Positions 44,383 through 59,404 of a stretch of DNA of 64,000 nucleotides are shown here, piece after piece; position 1 is the stretch's first letter, and the number at the start of each line of letters is the position of its first letter. Origin of the DNA: the human T2T-CHM13v2.0 reference genome, Homo sapiens. The stretch lies in the NCBI RefSeq assembly GCF_009914755.1, contig NC_060932.1; one strand, written 5' to 3'. The notes under the pieces are model-generated. The model worked only from the letters and a program-made list of their open reading frames with translations. It was not told the DNA's origin and searched no databases. The position numbers and the translations under genes are program-made.

Positions 44383-46089
44383 CTCAAGGCAAGTACCAGG
44401 TTCTCTTTTCATATCCCCACAGTTAGTGGCTTACTGAATATAGACAGGTGGACTGAAAAGATGGGCTTCATTTTTCAGTTATCTGAGTTATGAAACTGTT
44501 CAAGAGTAGCTCTGCAAAAGATGAAAAGAGGAATACAATTTCCAAAACTGTCTTTCAAGAATGCACAATTGCATGGGTTGTTTCCTCAGTTCTATATTTT
44601 GGTCAGAGAAGTACTTCATCAAATGAAAATCTTCACTTTATTAATTTGACCACTATCCAGTGTCAATATGCTTTGAAAAAGGACTCATAAAATCTCAAAA
44701 CTAAAGCTGTCTTTGATAACTGCATGTAACTGGTTGATAATTGTGGCTTCTATTTGAGCCATATAGTGACTACATCTTTATAATTCTCTCTAATCCCCCT
44801 GTACAGACCACCAATAAATGAGGTGGCTTCAACTACCTGGTTTGAAGACAACTCACCAAGTGTAAGAACTGGGAAAAATATTCAAGCCTGAAAAGCTGGT
44901 CTCTTTCCCCACCATAAAGTGAGGTGAATAGAGACTGAAGACGAATCGATAGAGCAGTTTGTATCATCCTACCTGTTCCCTCAGTAATCACTGGGGGAAA
45001 GAGATGACACCACAAAAATAGCCCTCCCAGCAAATTGAGGGAAGGGCTTAGAATCTAGACAACTATAAGCCCCTGTTTAACTAGAGTTACTTGACAGCAG
45101 ACTCTTCAAATTCATTGGGGGTAGATTGTAAGTGATATAGGCAAAGTTATGTCTAGGCTGGAAAGGGTTAGAACCATCCACAGCACTCTTTGAAATTAAA
45201 TTTGGTACAGAAGATAATTCTACATTTTCTATGGGCTTATAAGAAGATACAAACGTAGCTGGGTACGTCAATCAATCCATCAGTCCCTGAGAGAAACTTG
45301 GCATGAGTTATCTGGAAGCCTCTCTGAGGTGAAGTTCGAAGGATCACTCGTGCCATGAAATTTCATGGAGACCTAGCTGGGCACTCCAACCACCCCATGT
45401 GACACACTACAGTGCCAGCACTTCAGTCACTGCTGCTGTGAGGGCATTAACAACTGGTCACTAAACGCTTTGAGATCAGTAGCAGATAGAACCAGCCTAA
45501 AAGCCCTCCTGGAATGTTGGATTACCTCCCAGTACTAAGTGGGCCAGTACATAGACCACACTCTTCCTCCTTCCACCAACCCCATATAGGATTCCCAGCA
45601 TCTTAAGAAATGAGAACCAGGAAAAAGAAATGGGAAAACCGTTGAAGGAAAAAGAAGCTTGAAATGCAAAGTTTTCAACTGAAGGACAATAACTACATTT
45701 GTTTGAAGAAACTTTAGTGTAAGTCTAACCTGGTCTAGAATAAGTTGTCTGAGCTATCTAAGACAGGAAGTTTCTCTTTAAGAAAGTTTATTTAGTTATA
45801 AGATTAGAGTTGTATTTTTGCTTCACCAACTTTTATGAATTATTAGAGCCATGAAGCATCCTATCAGATATATAAAAAAATAAAATAATATTTTCCTTAA
45901 GTTGCACAAAGTTGGAATACAGAAAGCTTCAGAAATCCATAGGAAATTACTGACGTTTAGAAATGCAGGTACCTGAAGGCAGTTAAGAAATATGAAGAAG
46001 AAATGGGAAAATAATTATCTATTTAAAAATTGCAGTGAAACAAATATCAAGTTTGAGGTTGCCTCCAAATATCTTATAAATTCTAGTTT

Positions 46090-46850
46090 ATTCTGAAAGA
46101 ATAAACAAAAAGGTTTCCAGGGAGACGAAATCAACTTTCCCCTCAGATAAAATCTGCAAAAACTGTAAGTTGTTAAGTACTGAGATGTAGGAAAGCTTTA
46201 GAAATACTTCAGACTGCCAGATGAAGGATTAATACATTAAGTTGAAAAAACATATGGCAAATATTGGCGGTACTTACCAGAAAGATCTGTGATATATGGT
46301 TGACAACAAATTTGTCAACCGTATATTTCAACTGATGTAATATCTTGATGAGGATGGTCTAAAGCAAATGCAAAATTATAATAAAAATAGGCTATTAAGA
46401 ATATACCTAGAAACTAATGGAGTGCTTCTAGAAGAGCCAGTCAAGATTATGACGGCATAATAAATATATGTAACAGTTGAAAGAACTGAGGGTGTTTAGT
46501 TTAGAAAAATTAAGATTTAGTAGTGCACATGACATCTGACATCTATCTTCCAGTAACTAAAGGGCTGTTACATAAACACATGGAAGAGAAATCCTGTGTA
46601 AACTCCTAGGCATTTGAGAACAGAATTCTTTAAAGTCAGTGATAGGTATTAGTGACATATTTTATCTAAAATGATAAAGGAAAATCTAACAATGACTGTT
46701 CAATAAAGTTGTCTTGTGTGGTTAGGAGTTCTCCATCACTGCAAGTACTTAAAAAGAAATGAGACCTAAATATAAAAACTGAGAGAATTCACACATTGGT
46801 ATAGAGGGTAAGATTGGATGGCTCTACACTTCCTTGAACTCTAAGAATCC
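46090..46850 (+). mobile_element. L3/CR1 LINE 3' region
   Basis: GAAAGAACTGAGGGTGTTTAGTTTAGAAAA, GAGTTCTCCATCACTGCAAGTA and end CCTTGAACTCTAAGAATCC. Confidence 0.7.
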
Positions 46851-47269
46851 TTAATTTTGTTGTACTTTGTTTATACTTTATAGTCTTCATAGATAAATTT
46901 ATGAATATGGAATTTTTAAAAATAATTTCTCAAGCCATTTTCCTTTTGTTTAAAATTTTAGAGCTTTATTTTCAGCTTTCTGAATTTCATGACTAAATTT
47001 ACTCTGGCAATAGAGTTGCTAGTTGCTTGATCCAAAACAAAATTATAGGAAAACCAATGATCTGTTTCATTAAGGAAGGAGTTTCAAATTCCTACAGGTG
47101 TCAGGTAGGTACTATAAACTATGGCTTTGGGCAGGTGATTCTTCTTCTTTTGAAACATTTCAGTCTCTTGAATAATCATTAGTGTTTCCAATTTTGGCAA
47201 AAGACACGACATCTTACCTAAATTAATGTTAAACCCCAGTGTAATCATCCACTGCATATGCTTTTGCTG

Positions 47270-47570
47270 AAGGAGTGCCTTTCTTCCATATGGAACCCAG
47301 GGACCCAGGCTGCTTTCATCCTGTGGTCCTGAGAGTCTAGGATATTCCAATCCCAACTTCAAAGCAGGAAAAGAGGGTGGAGAGTCTTTTTTTTTTCTCT
47401 TAAAAACCTTGTCAAGATTGAAATCCATTACTTCTGCTTACATTCCATTAGTGAAAATTTGTTACGTGGCTTGTATAAAAAGAGGGCTATGAAATGCAGT
47501 ATGTGGTTAAGAAGCCACTTTCCAATGGCAACTCCAAATAATTATTAGACGGCTTGCCATCTCTGCCACA
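47270..47570 (-). mobile_element. Old MLT1 (J/I-like) fragment
   Basis: CAGGGACCCAGGCTGCTTTCATC, ATTACTTCTGCTTACATTCCATTAG, end CATCTCTGCCACA. Confidence 0.65.
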
Positions 47571-49539
47571 TGTTGAAATAAGTATTCTTTTCTCCATTAT
47601 GAGTAAATCAACCATGCAAGGGTTATGATAAACAGCTACTGAGAACAAGCCTTACTGCAGTGTCTTGGACCATGGAACACAGGAGAACATACACAGTTAC
47701 CACCCCTCCCCTAAGAGGAGATGGCTGCTGCAGGGCTCTACGTAACTGACTGATGTAGTACCTGGCACATAGGAGGTACTCAGGAAATATTTTTTGGCTT
47801 AATTGAACAGTCTTAGATTATCAGACCTTCTAAATTTTTTTCAAGAAGGGTAAGACATTTACATTTTTATGTAAAATCTGCTGGATTATAAATTTGGGAC
47901 CAAAATTTAAAAAAAAAAACACGTTTGCAGAGCAACAAGACACTTCTGTGCCAAATGTGCATCACAGGCAACTAATTTTCAAGTTTTGTATAACAGTTAC
48001 CAAGGAGCTTTCCAAAAATGCTCCAAATATTTTCAAGTTAGTTAGTTTATTCAAGGGATAAATAATAAATTATAAAGAGTAGTAATAATATTGGTTCATT
48101 TAAAACATTTTTCCTAAGAATGTACAATCATAATCATGGTTAGAAGAGTTTAGAACATGGTTAGAAGAGTTTCTTCTAGATGTGAATACTTGCTTAGGTA
48201 TAAATTTAGATTCTGATGAGGATGAAAAAAATAGAAACCAGAAAATATTGCTTCCCAGTTTAATTTTATGCTTGATTAAAGACGATGGAGTATTGGAAAG
48301 ACAGGAATAACCAAATGAAATAGAAATGAGCACAGGACTGCAAAATGTCCAGGGGCAATTGACTTTGGCAGTGTTCCTTGGTCTAGTTCACCAGCTTTTG
48401 CTTGTTTATTTTACCAACGGGGAAGATTGCTGGTTTATCTCTGAACATTCTGCACAAGTTAAATGTGACATTTTCTCTCTCCTCTAATGCTGTCTCATCA
48501 TATTGTTTCTGAATCAGTGCTATCCCTAATGCTTTTTCCAAAAATGGAAGCTGTGAAACTAATTATGTTAAAAATCAGCCACGAGAATTACTTCTCTTCA
48601 CTTTTTCACAAGATGGCTGGCTCTGTGCACCACATCAAACTTCATACAATTCTAACTTACTGAGCATTCAAGTTTGTCCCCAAATGGCCTAAACATATAG
48701 TTTAGCCACTTCAAAAATATTGACCAGGTTCTTGCTTTCCACAGGGAGAAAAAAAAAAAAGGTCAAGTTGGAACTTTTCAGTTGCAAAAAAAAAAAAAAT
48801 TAACAAAAATTGGAGTTTATTACAGCATAAAAAATTCATTTGTATCATCTAGTTTTGAAGGACCCAAGCTACTTTTGGCAAAATACTTACCAACCATTTA
48901 TCAACCATTCCATTTTCCTAAATGATTCAGTTTAGCTGGTCATCCAAGTAAGGTGTTAGTAGGTTCAGATAATAAATGTATTACCCTTTAATATTGATTC
49001 AGCTAGTACCTGTGAGGGCTTAATGATGTGCCAAAAACTGTTCTTCATATGTGGGCATAAATAACTTGACACCCAACAAACACAGCCCCTATACCACGGA
49101 GTTTACTGTCTTGTGGCAATGACAGACATGGGTAGTTGCCTGGCATAGCCTGAGAAACAGTTATAATGCGAGTCTGAAAGGTCCAAGAGCACCTAGAAGC
49201 ACCATGAGAGTCCCACAGCAAATTGACTCTCCTTACTGGCAGACCAGATAAACCTCTGCAGAAGGAACAGGTGGACAGGGAATATAGCAGCTGCAAGAAG
49301 CTTCCAGAGCTACCACATAAGACTTCAAACTACTAATAGAGCGACTTGTAATCTAGTCTAATCCATTCATTTCAGAGAGAAGAAAACCAAGGACACTTTC
49401 TAATGTTGACTAATATGTCTGCTATTTTTGTCACTTTCTATATATTTCCTCATTCCCCCACAGTCCCGAGCTAGAGATAACTACCCTCTCCTTTTGATTC
49501 CCATGGAAGTGTATTGGTATTTCTCTAGTGAAATATATC

Positions 49540-49662
49540 TTATTCCATCAAATCTGAGATGTCATCTATTAAACCAATCCTGGTTTTAGACGTATTGAAG
49601 TCAGAGAGCAGGGGTGGGATCGGGTAGGGAATATGCATTTTAGAGTAAATAAAATGTAGTAT
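49540..49662. mobile_element. Small TcMar MITE (MER104-like) within an L2 remnant
   Basis: TATTCCATCAAATCTGAGATG ... CATTTTAGAGTAAATAAAATGTAGTA degenerate inverted termini. Confidence 0.4.
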
Positions 49663-50091
49663 TACTTTCTGACTTATGTTTTAGCTATCTGCATGCTTGT
49701 CTTATCTCCTCCAATAGATTTCAAGTTCTCAGAGGCAGATAAGTTCTAGTTACTTTGTATTGTCTGTTGCAAGAGTTCAGCACCTTGTACTTTACAGACA
49801 CTCAAAACATGTTTGAAAAAACTTAAAGCACAATTTATCAGGTAAACCTGACATGAGGCAAGTTTTCCAAATCCCAATCTAGTGTTTTTTATATCAAATA
49901 ATAACATCATTAATCCTTATTAACTGGAGGTCAGTAGAAACATTAATACAAAATGGCTAATATAATACTTATGGAACACTACCACTGTGCCAGATACTAC
50001 TGATAAATGTTACATTTATCATTTAATGTTCACGATTGCTGGATGTCGTGGACACCTTTTATGCTTCTGGTTCTCATTCTCACAGCCCACC

Positions 50092-50361
50092 TTTTTTTTT
50101 TTTTTTTTTTGAGACAGAATTTTGTTCTTGTTGCTCAGGCTGGAGTGCAATGGTGCAGTCTTGGCTAACTGCAACCTCCGCCTCCCAGGTTCCAGAGATT
50201 GTCCTGCCTGAGCCTCCCAAGTACCTGCGATTACAGGCATCCACCACCATGCCTGGCTAATTTTTAGTAGAGTCAAGGTTTTACCTTGTTGGCCAAGCTG
50301 GTCTCGAAATCCTGACCTCAAGTGATCCGCCCACCTCAGCCTCCCAAAGTGCTAGGATACA
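50092..50361 (-). mobile_element. Alu, slightly 5'-truncated
   Basis: T-tail plus antisense dimer ending GCTAGGATACAG. Confidence 0.96.
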
Positions 50362-50520
50362 GTCCAGGCCCCTGCCCTCTTAGAACTTATATCCTGATAG
50401 AAGATCTGCACAATAATTCAAACAAATACCAAGAATTACTGGATAGATAAGAAACTAAAACACAGAAAGATGACAGAGTGACTAGATTTGAGAAGAGCAC
50501 CCAGGCTAAGGGAACACCCA

Positions 50521-51074
<554 letters not shown>

Positions 51075-51410
51075 TGAGATAATAAAGGTAGGTGAAGACC
51101 TCACCATGCAAGTTTTAGGCCCGAAGAAAGACTTCTGATTTTATCCTAAACTTCTGGAGGGCCAGTGTAAGATGCAGCATCACTGTGAGGTGATATGAAC
51201 TACATTTTGAAGGGTCACCCTAACTTCTATGGGGAGAACAATTTGGAGAGGTAGGTATACAGTAGAAAGGGTGAGATCAGGTAGAAGCTGCAGCAGGAGT
51301 CCAGGCAAGAGAAGAGGGTGGCTTAGAAGAAAACAACAGTACTGGAGGAAGAGGGCAACATAAATTCAGAATGAGTATTGGGGAAAAGTCGGCAGGATTT
51401 GCTCACAAAT

Positions 51411-51859
51411 TGTTACCAAAATACCAGGGGCTCTTTCTATGTCCTGCTGCTCACCCCACAGAAAGCCAATCACCTAGACAATGATTATTGCCAATCAGGA
51501 AGGCTTTAATCTGGTGCTGCAGCTGAGGAGATAGGAGATCAGTCTCAAATACATCTCCTAGACCTGCTAAAATTGGGGGTTTATGTAGCAGGGAAGAAAT
51601 GTAACTATGTGTGAGGAAACAGGAACTCAGGAGGGTAAGGAAGCAATCATGATGAATGAGGGGCCTGGCATCTCCTTGTCTAGATGTGATGATCTCCTGA
51701 GTTTCAGTTCTTTGTTACTTTTTGAGAGGCCTGGGGGTCCTTTCCTGAGGAAGGAACTCAGATAAAACCAATGCAAGTTTCAAGCTTTAAAATTGAAAGA
51801 GTCAATTTCTGTTTATCAAAAGAAAAAAATCTGCCTATGGGATTATTGTGTCAGTTTCA
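51411..51859 (-). mobile_element. LTR26-like ERV1 solo LTR inserted in an L2 remnant (about 51000-51990)
   Basis: TG...CA termini; GGTCCTTTCCTGAGGAAGGAACTCAGATAAA..AAGTTTCAAGCTTTAA; flanks AAAT/AAGT. Confidence 0.8.
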
Positions 51860-52207
51860 AAGTTAGATGTGGGGGATAAGGAAAAAAGGAGGGTCCAGGG
51901 TCCAGGAGGAGCCAAAAGTGAGGGTTGGGTTGGAGGATGGGGGGCGTGGCATTTACTGGGATGAAGAAATTGGCAGAAGCAGGTGGCAAAGGTGGGACAG
52001 AAATCCAGTCATCTGGCACTTCCTCAGCCCATGTTCTATTTTACAGTCTTGTCTCCCTGGAATGACAACTGCTTTCCTCTTGGCTCCTTGATAGTTCAGT
52101 CACAGAAGTAGCATTATTTCTCAGTAGTGAGGTGGGAGCATTTGTTCTTTCTTTAATTGTTGAAACTGAAAGTAAGGAAAGAGGAGAGAGCATGGGTCCC
52201 ACCTCAG

Positions 52208-52846
52208 TGTGGCAACGAGTTTGAATGTGTAGGCAGACTCACTGTACCGTGTCAATGTCCATACACTGGAGCCACCTTCTCAGAGTTCCCTTCCCTGGAG
52301 AGATCTAGGTTAGGATCAGCCACCAGAGGAATTTGTAGGCAATCTGGAAGGCCACAGTGAGATAACAGCCATCTTTACACTCTGAAGTTTGCTGCAGGCA
52401 GATGTGTGACAGCTCACACACATTCTTTCTGAACTGCTGCTCCCTTGTGGCAATGGCCATGCCCTGACCTGCACGTCCAGTAGTTCCTTCTGATCTCCTT
52501 CTTTATCTTCTCTGCATCCTGGGCCAGGAGCAAGTGCAGCTCTGTAAAGAAGGGCACCAGCTTCTGCATGTCACCTAAATCATGAAAAACGAGACATGAA
52601 GGCATGAGATACTGATACAACTTCCAGGCTTCCCATTGCCTCCCTGACTTCATGTCATCCATCTATCTGCTCAAGTGTTCACCCTGCCAACTTTTGGCCC
52701 CACTTCAAATATAGAGGTAGCAGAACTACATATAATGCTTAACCAGTACCTGTGTAAGGTGTATAAGATCATCATATAATAAATCCTTTGCTCTTTATCA
52801 GCTATAGTGGTTCACTTCCCCAATCACACACAGCCTTACTGATACA
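52208..52846 (+). mobile_element. LTR33-like ERVL solo LTR
   Basis: TGT start; end TATAATAAATCCTTT...TAGTGGTTCACTTCCC...TTACTGATACA. Confidence 0.6.
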
Positions 52847-52949
52847 GTGGGTGTCATGTCATTCATCTGGTCCTCTTGTGCACATGTCAATGATGTAAAC
52901 CTCCATCTTTAACCACATTTCAATAGCACATATCATGTCAACACTGGTC

Positions 52950-53150
52950 CATGTGCATGTACATTAACTCATACAATTCTCACAGTATCAACCTCATACT
53001 TTTGTTGTCATCCGTCTTCCTTTGGTGATGAGTAAACTGAAACCCAGAGAGTTAAGTAACTTGCCCAAGGTCCCACAGGGAGTAAGTGATATATCAATGA
53101 TGCAAACCAGGCAATCTGGCTCCACAGACTCTGTTTATAACTGCCCTGCA
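52950..53150 (-). mobile_element. MIR SINE
   Basis: GATGAGTAAACTGAAACCCAGAGAGTTAAGTAACTTGCCCAAGGTCCCACAG core. Confidence 0.9.
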
Positions 53151-55662
53151 AGGCTGCCCCTGACTAGGCTGGTTTGGAAATGCTGTCCTTGCTGTTGAAT
53201 AGCCACTGATAATTTCTCCCTCTTTATTTGTCAAGAGCTGTAAATCCTCAAGTCCTTCCAGTCTCCAGCTGGTGTCTTACACTGTCCAAGTCTCTGAACC
53301 ATCCTGATCTGTCCTGTGCTGCTTTCTCTTACAGGCTCCTGGGGTTTGGCAATTTGGTTGCATGTGTGTGTTTTTCCTCCATGGTATCTTGTCCCTGTGG
53401 TTATTTTCCTGGAACATAATGTCCTGTCATTTCTGCCTAGAAAACCCCTAGTCATGCTTCAACCACCAGTTCAAGTATCTTCCTCAACTCCTTCCTGCAG
53501 GTAACTACCACAGCATATGTGCTAGTGCATTATTTTTCTTTACACCTGAGTCAAGTTCTTTAACCCCTCCCTACCCCCCACAACTTCCCAGAGGTGTGAG
53601 CCAAATCTTAATTCATCTTTGATTTTCCAATGACTACCCAGTGCCTGACGTGGATATAGAAGGTACTTAATAAATGTCTTTGTTCCTCAGCCAAAATCTA
53701 TTTTACTGTGTTGAAACGTCTTTCAATGATAAGATCATTGCCTAAGAAAAGCTCTTTCTGTGTTTTTATCATTTTTGCTCTTAAAAATTTGCATTCTTGA
53801 ACTTTTCTTTGGTAGATATTGATTGGTTCATTTTTATGAATAAGATGTACAGATCTTGAATGTACACACACACACACACACATTCACTCAAGTATAGCTA
53901 CACAGAAAATAAACCTTTAAAGATACAGTTTTTGCAGGCTACTCCTCCAAGAGAGCTGTCTAGCATGTAAGCACTTTTAACTTTATGCTGAGTGGACCTA
54001 GAAAAAAAAAAAACAAAGGTAATAAATGTGAGGGTCATAGTCATCGAAAAGGAACTGTGCACCCTGTTGCAATTGATTAGTTTAAAACTTCTCTCATCTT
54101 ACCTATAAGCATTAGGGCCTGTCTTTGCTGCAAACATTAGGATCCAATCATCTGGATTAAATAGATCAAGGACTTCATAAGCCACAGGTCTCATAAAATT
54201 TCTTCTTACAAATGCATCGTTTTAATAAATGTCTTTGAAGCCAATGGTGCTGATTTCATGGTGTGTATTCAGACAGTCAATGAAAAGCCTGGGAAAAGAG
54301 AAAGCAATAATAAAAACCTTCCAGTCGATGAGTCAAATTGTAAGCAATGTGCAGCTTTGTAAACTTAACTGAATGAAAGTGAATACTGGACCAACAAGAA
54401 AGATCAACTCCTGTATCCAAGTTTGATCTAAATCAGAACAAGCTTCTTATATCACTTGATACTGTTTTGCACATTGTAAGCATTTAATAAATATTTGCTT
54501 AATGCATGAATATGTTGACAGTGCTTTGCCACTCACCTGTTTTCCTAATATTAAAGTTTCTTATACATTTAATTATATCCTTTTTACATGATTCATACAA
54601 TTTGAACTTTGACAAAAACAACAAATCTAGGCAGCCATGAGAATATTTCATTCTAGGAAAAATATGCAGCTAGAGTGTTTGACAAACTTAGGCTTGCAAC
54701 AAAACCATCGAAAAGGATTTTTCAATTCTCCTTCCCTTTATTCTTCTGCTGTATGAGACTTTGTGAACCAAGAACTCACATGGACAAGGCAGAGCTGGGT
54801 GTGAGCCCCTCTTTTGGGGTGATTGCCAATGGGGATAAATGAGCCAAAAGGAACCTAGAACACTGTTCTATCTACATTTTCTTAGCTACCACTCATCATA
54901 GCCATTATCATCACATTATATTCATTGCAGCTAACCCTGGGACTGCCACAGTAAGCTTACTTTTCAAATGGACTCTGGTGGTCATTTCTTTTTAAAAAAT
55001 ATTTAATAAATTTACTTAAGACAGAGAGGTGATTCCACAGGGCCCATTTTGTATTCTCAAACATGGAAGCCTATAATTGGAAATGGATCAGAGTTAAGTC
55101 AGGAAATTCTCTGTATTATCTTTTAAAATAATAATAGTGAGTTGGAATGATTGGCTTCCTATTTTCTTTAAAAAGAAAATCATGGGCTTTTCCTTTTAAA
55201 AACAAAGTCATCAGGTTTCAGTAATTGGTTTTATATTTGTTTTTCGGTTTTTTTTTTTTTTTTACTAACTTTACCAGGTGTTTGAGTTGATGTGTACATT
55301 TAGCCAAAAAATTTAATCGGTTGAATGTGTAAGAATAGCCTAAGTATTAAAGGTCTCTGAAAACTTTTAGAAAACTATCATCACCCTTCCAAAGCATTAT
55401 CCATTGTTAATGTACAATCCAGGTGCTGAACAAAGCAAATGAAATGAAGTACACCCTAGGGTTTAGGAACATATAATACAAACAATATTTCCCCACAGCC
55501 CTAGTTAATAACAGTATTACTTTTGGAGGATAATAACCCTAGTAAGCATACAATTTGAGATTGTATGTAATCCTAAAAAGCAATTTAAGATTGTTTTTGC
55601 TTAAATTACTTTTGCTCTTCCTTCTTCACTTTTCATTGTCCTCTTCCAATCAGTTCCCAACA

Positions 55663-56230
55663 TGGTGGTAGACTGTAGTGTCTTAAGATGGCCACCACAT
55701 CTCCTAGCCTATATTTCTTCTCAAACCTTCCTGCTGTGTCTATTAAGATGTGGAATCGATGCCCCTTTTTCTTGAATCTAAGTTGGCCTTTCTACTGCCT
55801 CAACCAAAATACTAGAAACAATGTTAAGTTGACTTCTGAGTTAAGTTATAAAAATGCAATTCACTTCCCCTTTGTTGTTTTGAAATGCTTGCTATTGAAA
55901 CTAGCCACCATACTGTGAGGAAACCCAAGCAGCCTATGGAGAAGCCCATTTTAAGGAAATCAAAGCTCTCAGAACCACAGCCTTAGCCAAGCTGCAAAGT
56001 GACAGCCAGTAGGAATTATCGGCCATGTGAGTGAACCATCTTAAAATCAGACTCTTCAGATCCACTGAGCCACATGAGGTGATATCACACAGAGCAGAAA
56101 CAGGACATTCCCACTGAGACCTAGCCAAACTGCAAATTTATTAGGAAAAAACTGCTGTCTTTTTAAGCCAGCAATTATTTTGAGCCACTAAATTTTGAGG
56201 TAGTTTGTCATACAGCAATATTTTATTGAA
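55663..56230 (+). mobile_element. MLT1 (F/G/H-like) MaLR LTR
   Basis: GCCACCATACTGTGAGGAAACCCAAGCAGCC, GCCATGTGAGTGAACCATCTT, end GCCACTAAATTTTGAGGTAGTTTGTCATACAGCAATA. Confidence 0.8.
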
Positions 56231-56464
56231 AACTCCTCCCTAGTGTCTGTATAATCTGTTATCTTTCCACCTTTATCACCAGTGTTCTAAATTCAGGTTC
56301 TCATCACTTGCAAAAACTGACTTTTCCTCCAGTCTCTCCCTGGTTGATATTCTTTGGTACAATCCATTCTCTACTCTGCCAACTTACACCTCATTTATAT
56401 TATCCTCTGCCTCAAAAATACAGAAAATGTTCAATCTGTGATCTGAGAGGTTTTAAACATCCAT

Positions 56465-56627
56465 CAGTGGTTCTCAATTCTGGCTACCCATTAGAATTAC
56501 CCAAGGAGTTTTTGAAACGAATGTTTGAACTTCAACCCAGAGCTTCTTATTCAAATGGTGAACTAGTCATTGCTACTTTTGAAGACTCTCTAGATATTCT
56601 AAAGAGCAACCAAAGTGAAAACCATTG
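56465..56627. mobile_element. MER5-type hAT MITE
   Basis: CAGTGGTTCTCAATTCTGGCTACCCATTAGAATTACC ... GAAAACCATTG inverted termini. Confidence 0.75.
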
Positions 56628-56672
56628 AAGTTACTGGGGACAGAAAAGAACATTCAAGAATATGTATAATTA

Positions 56673-56935
56673 GGCCAGGCTTGGTGGCTTACACCTGTAA
56701 TCCCAGCACTTTGGGAGGCTGAGGATGGTAGATCACTTGGGCTCATGAGTTTGAGACCAGCCTGGGCAACATGGTGAAACCCTGTCTCCACTAAAAACAC
56801 AAAAATTAGTTGGGCACGGTGGTGTACACCTGTAGTCCCAACTACTGGGGAGGCTAAGGTAGGAGAATCACTTGAGCCTGGGAGGCAGAGACTGCAGTGA
56901 CCCAGGATTACGCTGTGCACACTCCAGCCTGGGTA
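56673..56935 (+). mobile_element. AluJ-like element lacking its A-tail
   Basis: Dimer ends at CTCCAGCCTGGGT with no poly-A. Confidence 0.93.
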
Positions 56936-57157
56936 TAATGAGGACAGGGCCAATAACAATATTCGAGGTATGAGTAAAAAATGAAGATAAAGAATTATGA
57001 TCTGGAGTTTTTAGAGTAAAAGGACAAGCAGAAAATTAAAATATTAAGCAAAGGAAATGACTGAGAAATAGAAAGAGAAATGTCAGGAAGACACTGAAGG
57101 TTTAAACATATTCAGAATATGCATGAATTTCTCTTGTTCTTTTATTTTGTTTTGTTT

Positions 57158-57623
57158 TGTCAAAGTAAGTTAAAATAGAGACCGGGCCTGAAGAATCCCA
57201 AAGTAGACAAAGCCAGTTAGGCCTCATAAGTGGTCTTAACTTTGTTTGATTTGCAAACATAAGTCAAACTTAACTTGGGCTGTTTCTTGTAAGTGCCTAT
57301 ATTTTTTAAAAAATAAATAAAACAAGCTCAACCAATCAGAAGTTGCCCATTAACTTATGATCATTATGGAAAATTAATCCTGTAACAGTTCATATAACTG
57401 GGAACTTTTGAGTAGGATAGACCAAATATGGCTAATATATAACCATAACCAATCAAATATTTTAGTTGCTTTACATTCATGTTCATCCTATAGAAGCCTT
57501 GCCTTTGTGTTCACTTGTTGGAGCCCCCAAACTACTTCTGCTTGGAGCTGCCCTATTTGTGGATCATTGTTTGCTCAGATAAACTCTTTAAAATTGTATT
57601 TTGCTTCAGTTTACCTTTTATCA
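57158..57623 (+). mobile_element. LTR54/MER57-group ERV1 solo LTR
   Basis: TGTCAAAGTAAGTTAAAATAGAGACCGGGCCTGAAGAATCCC start; AACCAATCA boxes; end GTTTACCTTTTATCA. Confidence 0.7.
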
Positions 57624-57949
57624 GTTTATTGTAATAAAATGATCAGGACAGCCGTGATAGGAGAAGTTAACTCCAAAATTGAATAAACATGGAATTAAGT
57701 CCTTCTAGCAAAGTTGTAAATAGACAAAAGCCCATCTTTTTCAGAAAAATACCCAAATATTTCCTAATATACTTATTTATTTATAACACATTTTGGAATT
57801 AGTTTAATATCACTAAACAAAAATTTAGAGGCACTCATCAATTTTAGTTATTTATTTGGCCACTTTTCCTTCAATTAATGTATATGCAATACAAATCCAC
57901 AAGGACATAATTTCATTTCACGAGTCAGAATATCCCCCAATCCTACCTC

Positions 57950-58780
<831 letters not shown>

Positions 58781-58789
58781 TATGATAGG

Positions 58790-58947
58790 CAATGTTTCTT
58801 CACCTTGGAGTACATTAGAATCCCCAGGAAGATTCTCAGAATACCTGTGCCCAGGCTGCAGTCTCAGAGATTCTGTCGGAATTTATCTAGGATAGAGCCC
58901 AGACATCAGAAGTTTTCAGACAGCCCCAGGTTATTGAGAACTCTTGC
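58790..58947. mobile_element. MER5A-type MITE
   Basis: CATTAGAATCCCCAGGAAG...CAGAGATTCTG...TTGAGAACTCTTG. Confidence 0.7.
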
Positions 58948-59404
58948 TGTCATGATTTATATGGATCATAGGTCCATATAATCCTATGGACTTTGCTGTG
59001 AGAGAGATGGTAGATATTAAAGCTTCCAATCAGAGAATAGGCAAGATCAGTATTTTAACCAGTTCCCTCTAAATGCTTTGACTGTACCAACTTCTTTATG
59101 AAAGCAAAAATTTACAGAGAAGGAAATAGAGCTGCTCCCAAAATGTTAATAAAATTCTTAAAGGATGATTGCCTTGGTATGTTTTGGAGAAGAGACTATA
59201 TGGAGCAAGAACCAATTCAGATCACTTTTCTCTATTTTTAACATTTTCCATAATGAATATGTGTAGCTTTTGTATTAATAATAGAAATTTATCATTTAAA
59301 ACATTAAAAAATAGATTGAAAGAATATATATTAATGACAAACAGCATTATATTCTATCACTTATCTATTCTTCCAGATGTGTTTTCATGAAGGACAATGA
59401 ATTG

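Noticed and set aside
45353-45368. Perfect 16-bp palindrome CCATGAAATTTCATGG
   Set aside because: About one such palindrome is expected by chance in 64 kb (64000/4^8)
46298-46320. 9-bp stem hairpin GGTTGACAA-caaat-TTGTCAACC
   Set aside because: Short, lies inside an L3 remnant, and is compatible with chance once loop-length freedom is allowed
48135-48172. Short direct duplications (CATGGTTAGAAGAGTTT x2; also 20329-20373 and 1938-1986)
   Set aside because: Ordinary slippage-type micro-duplications with no further structure
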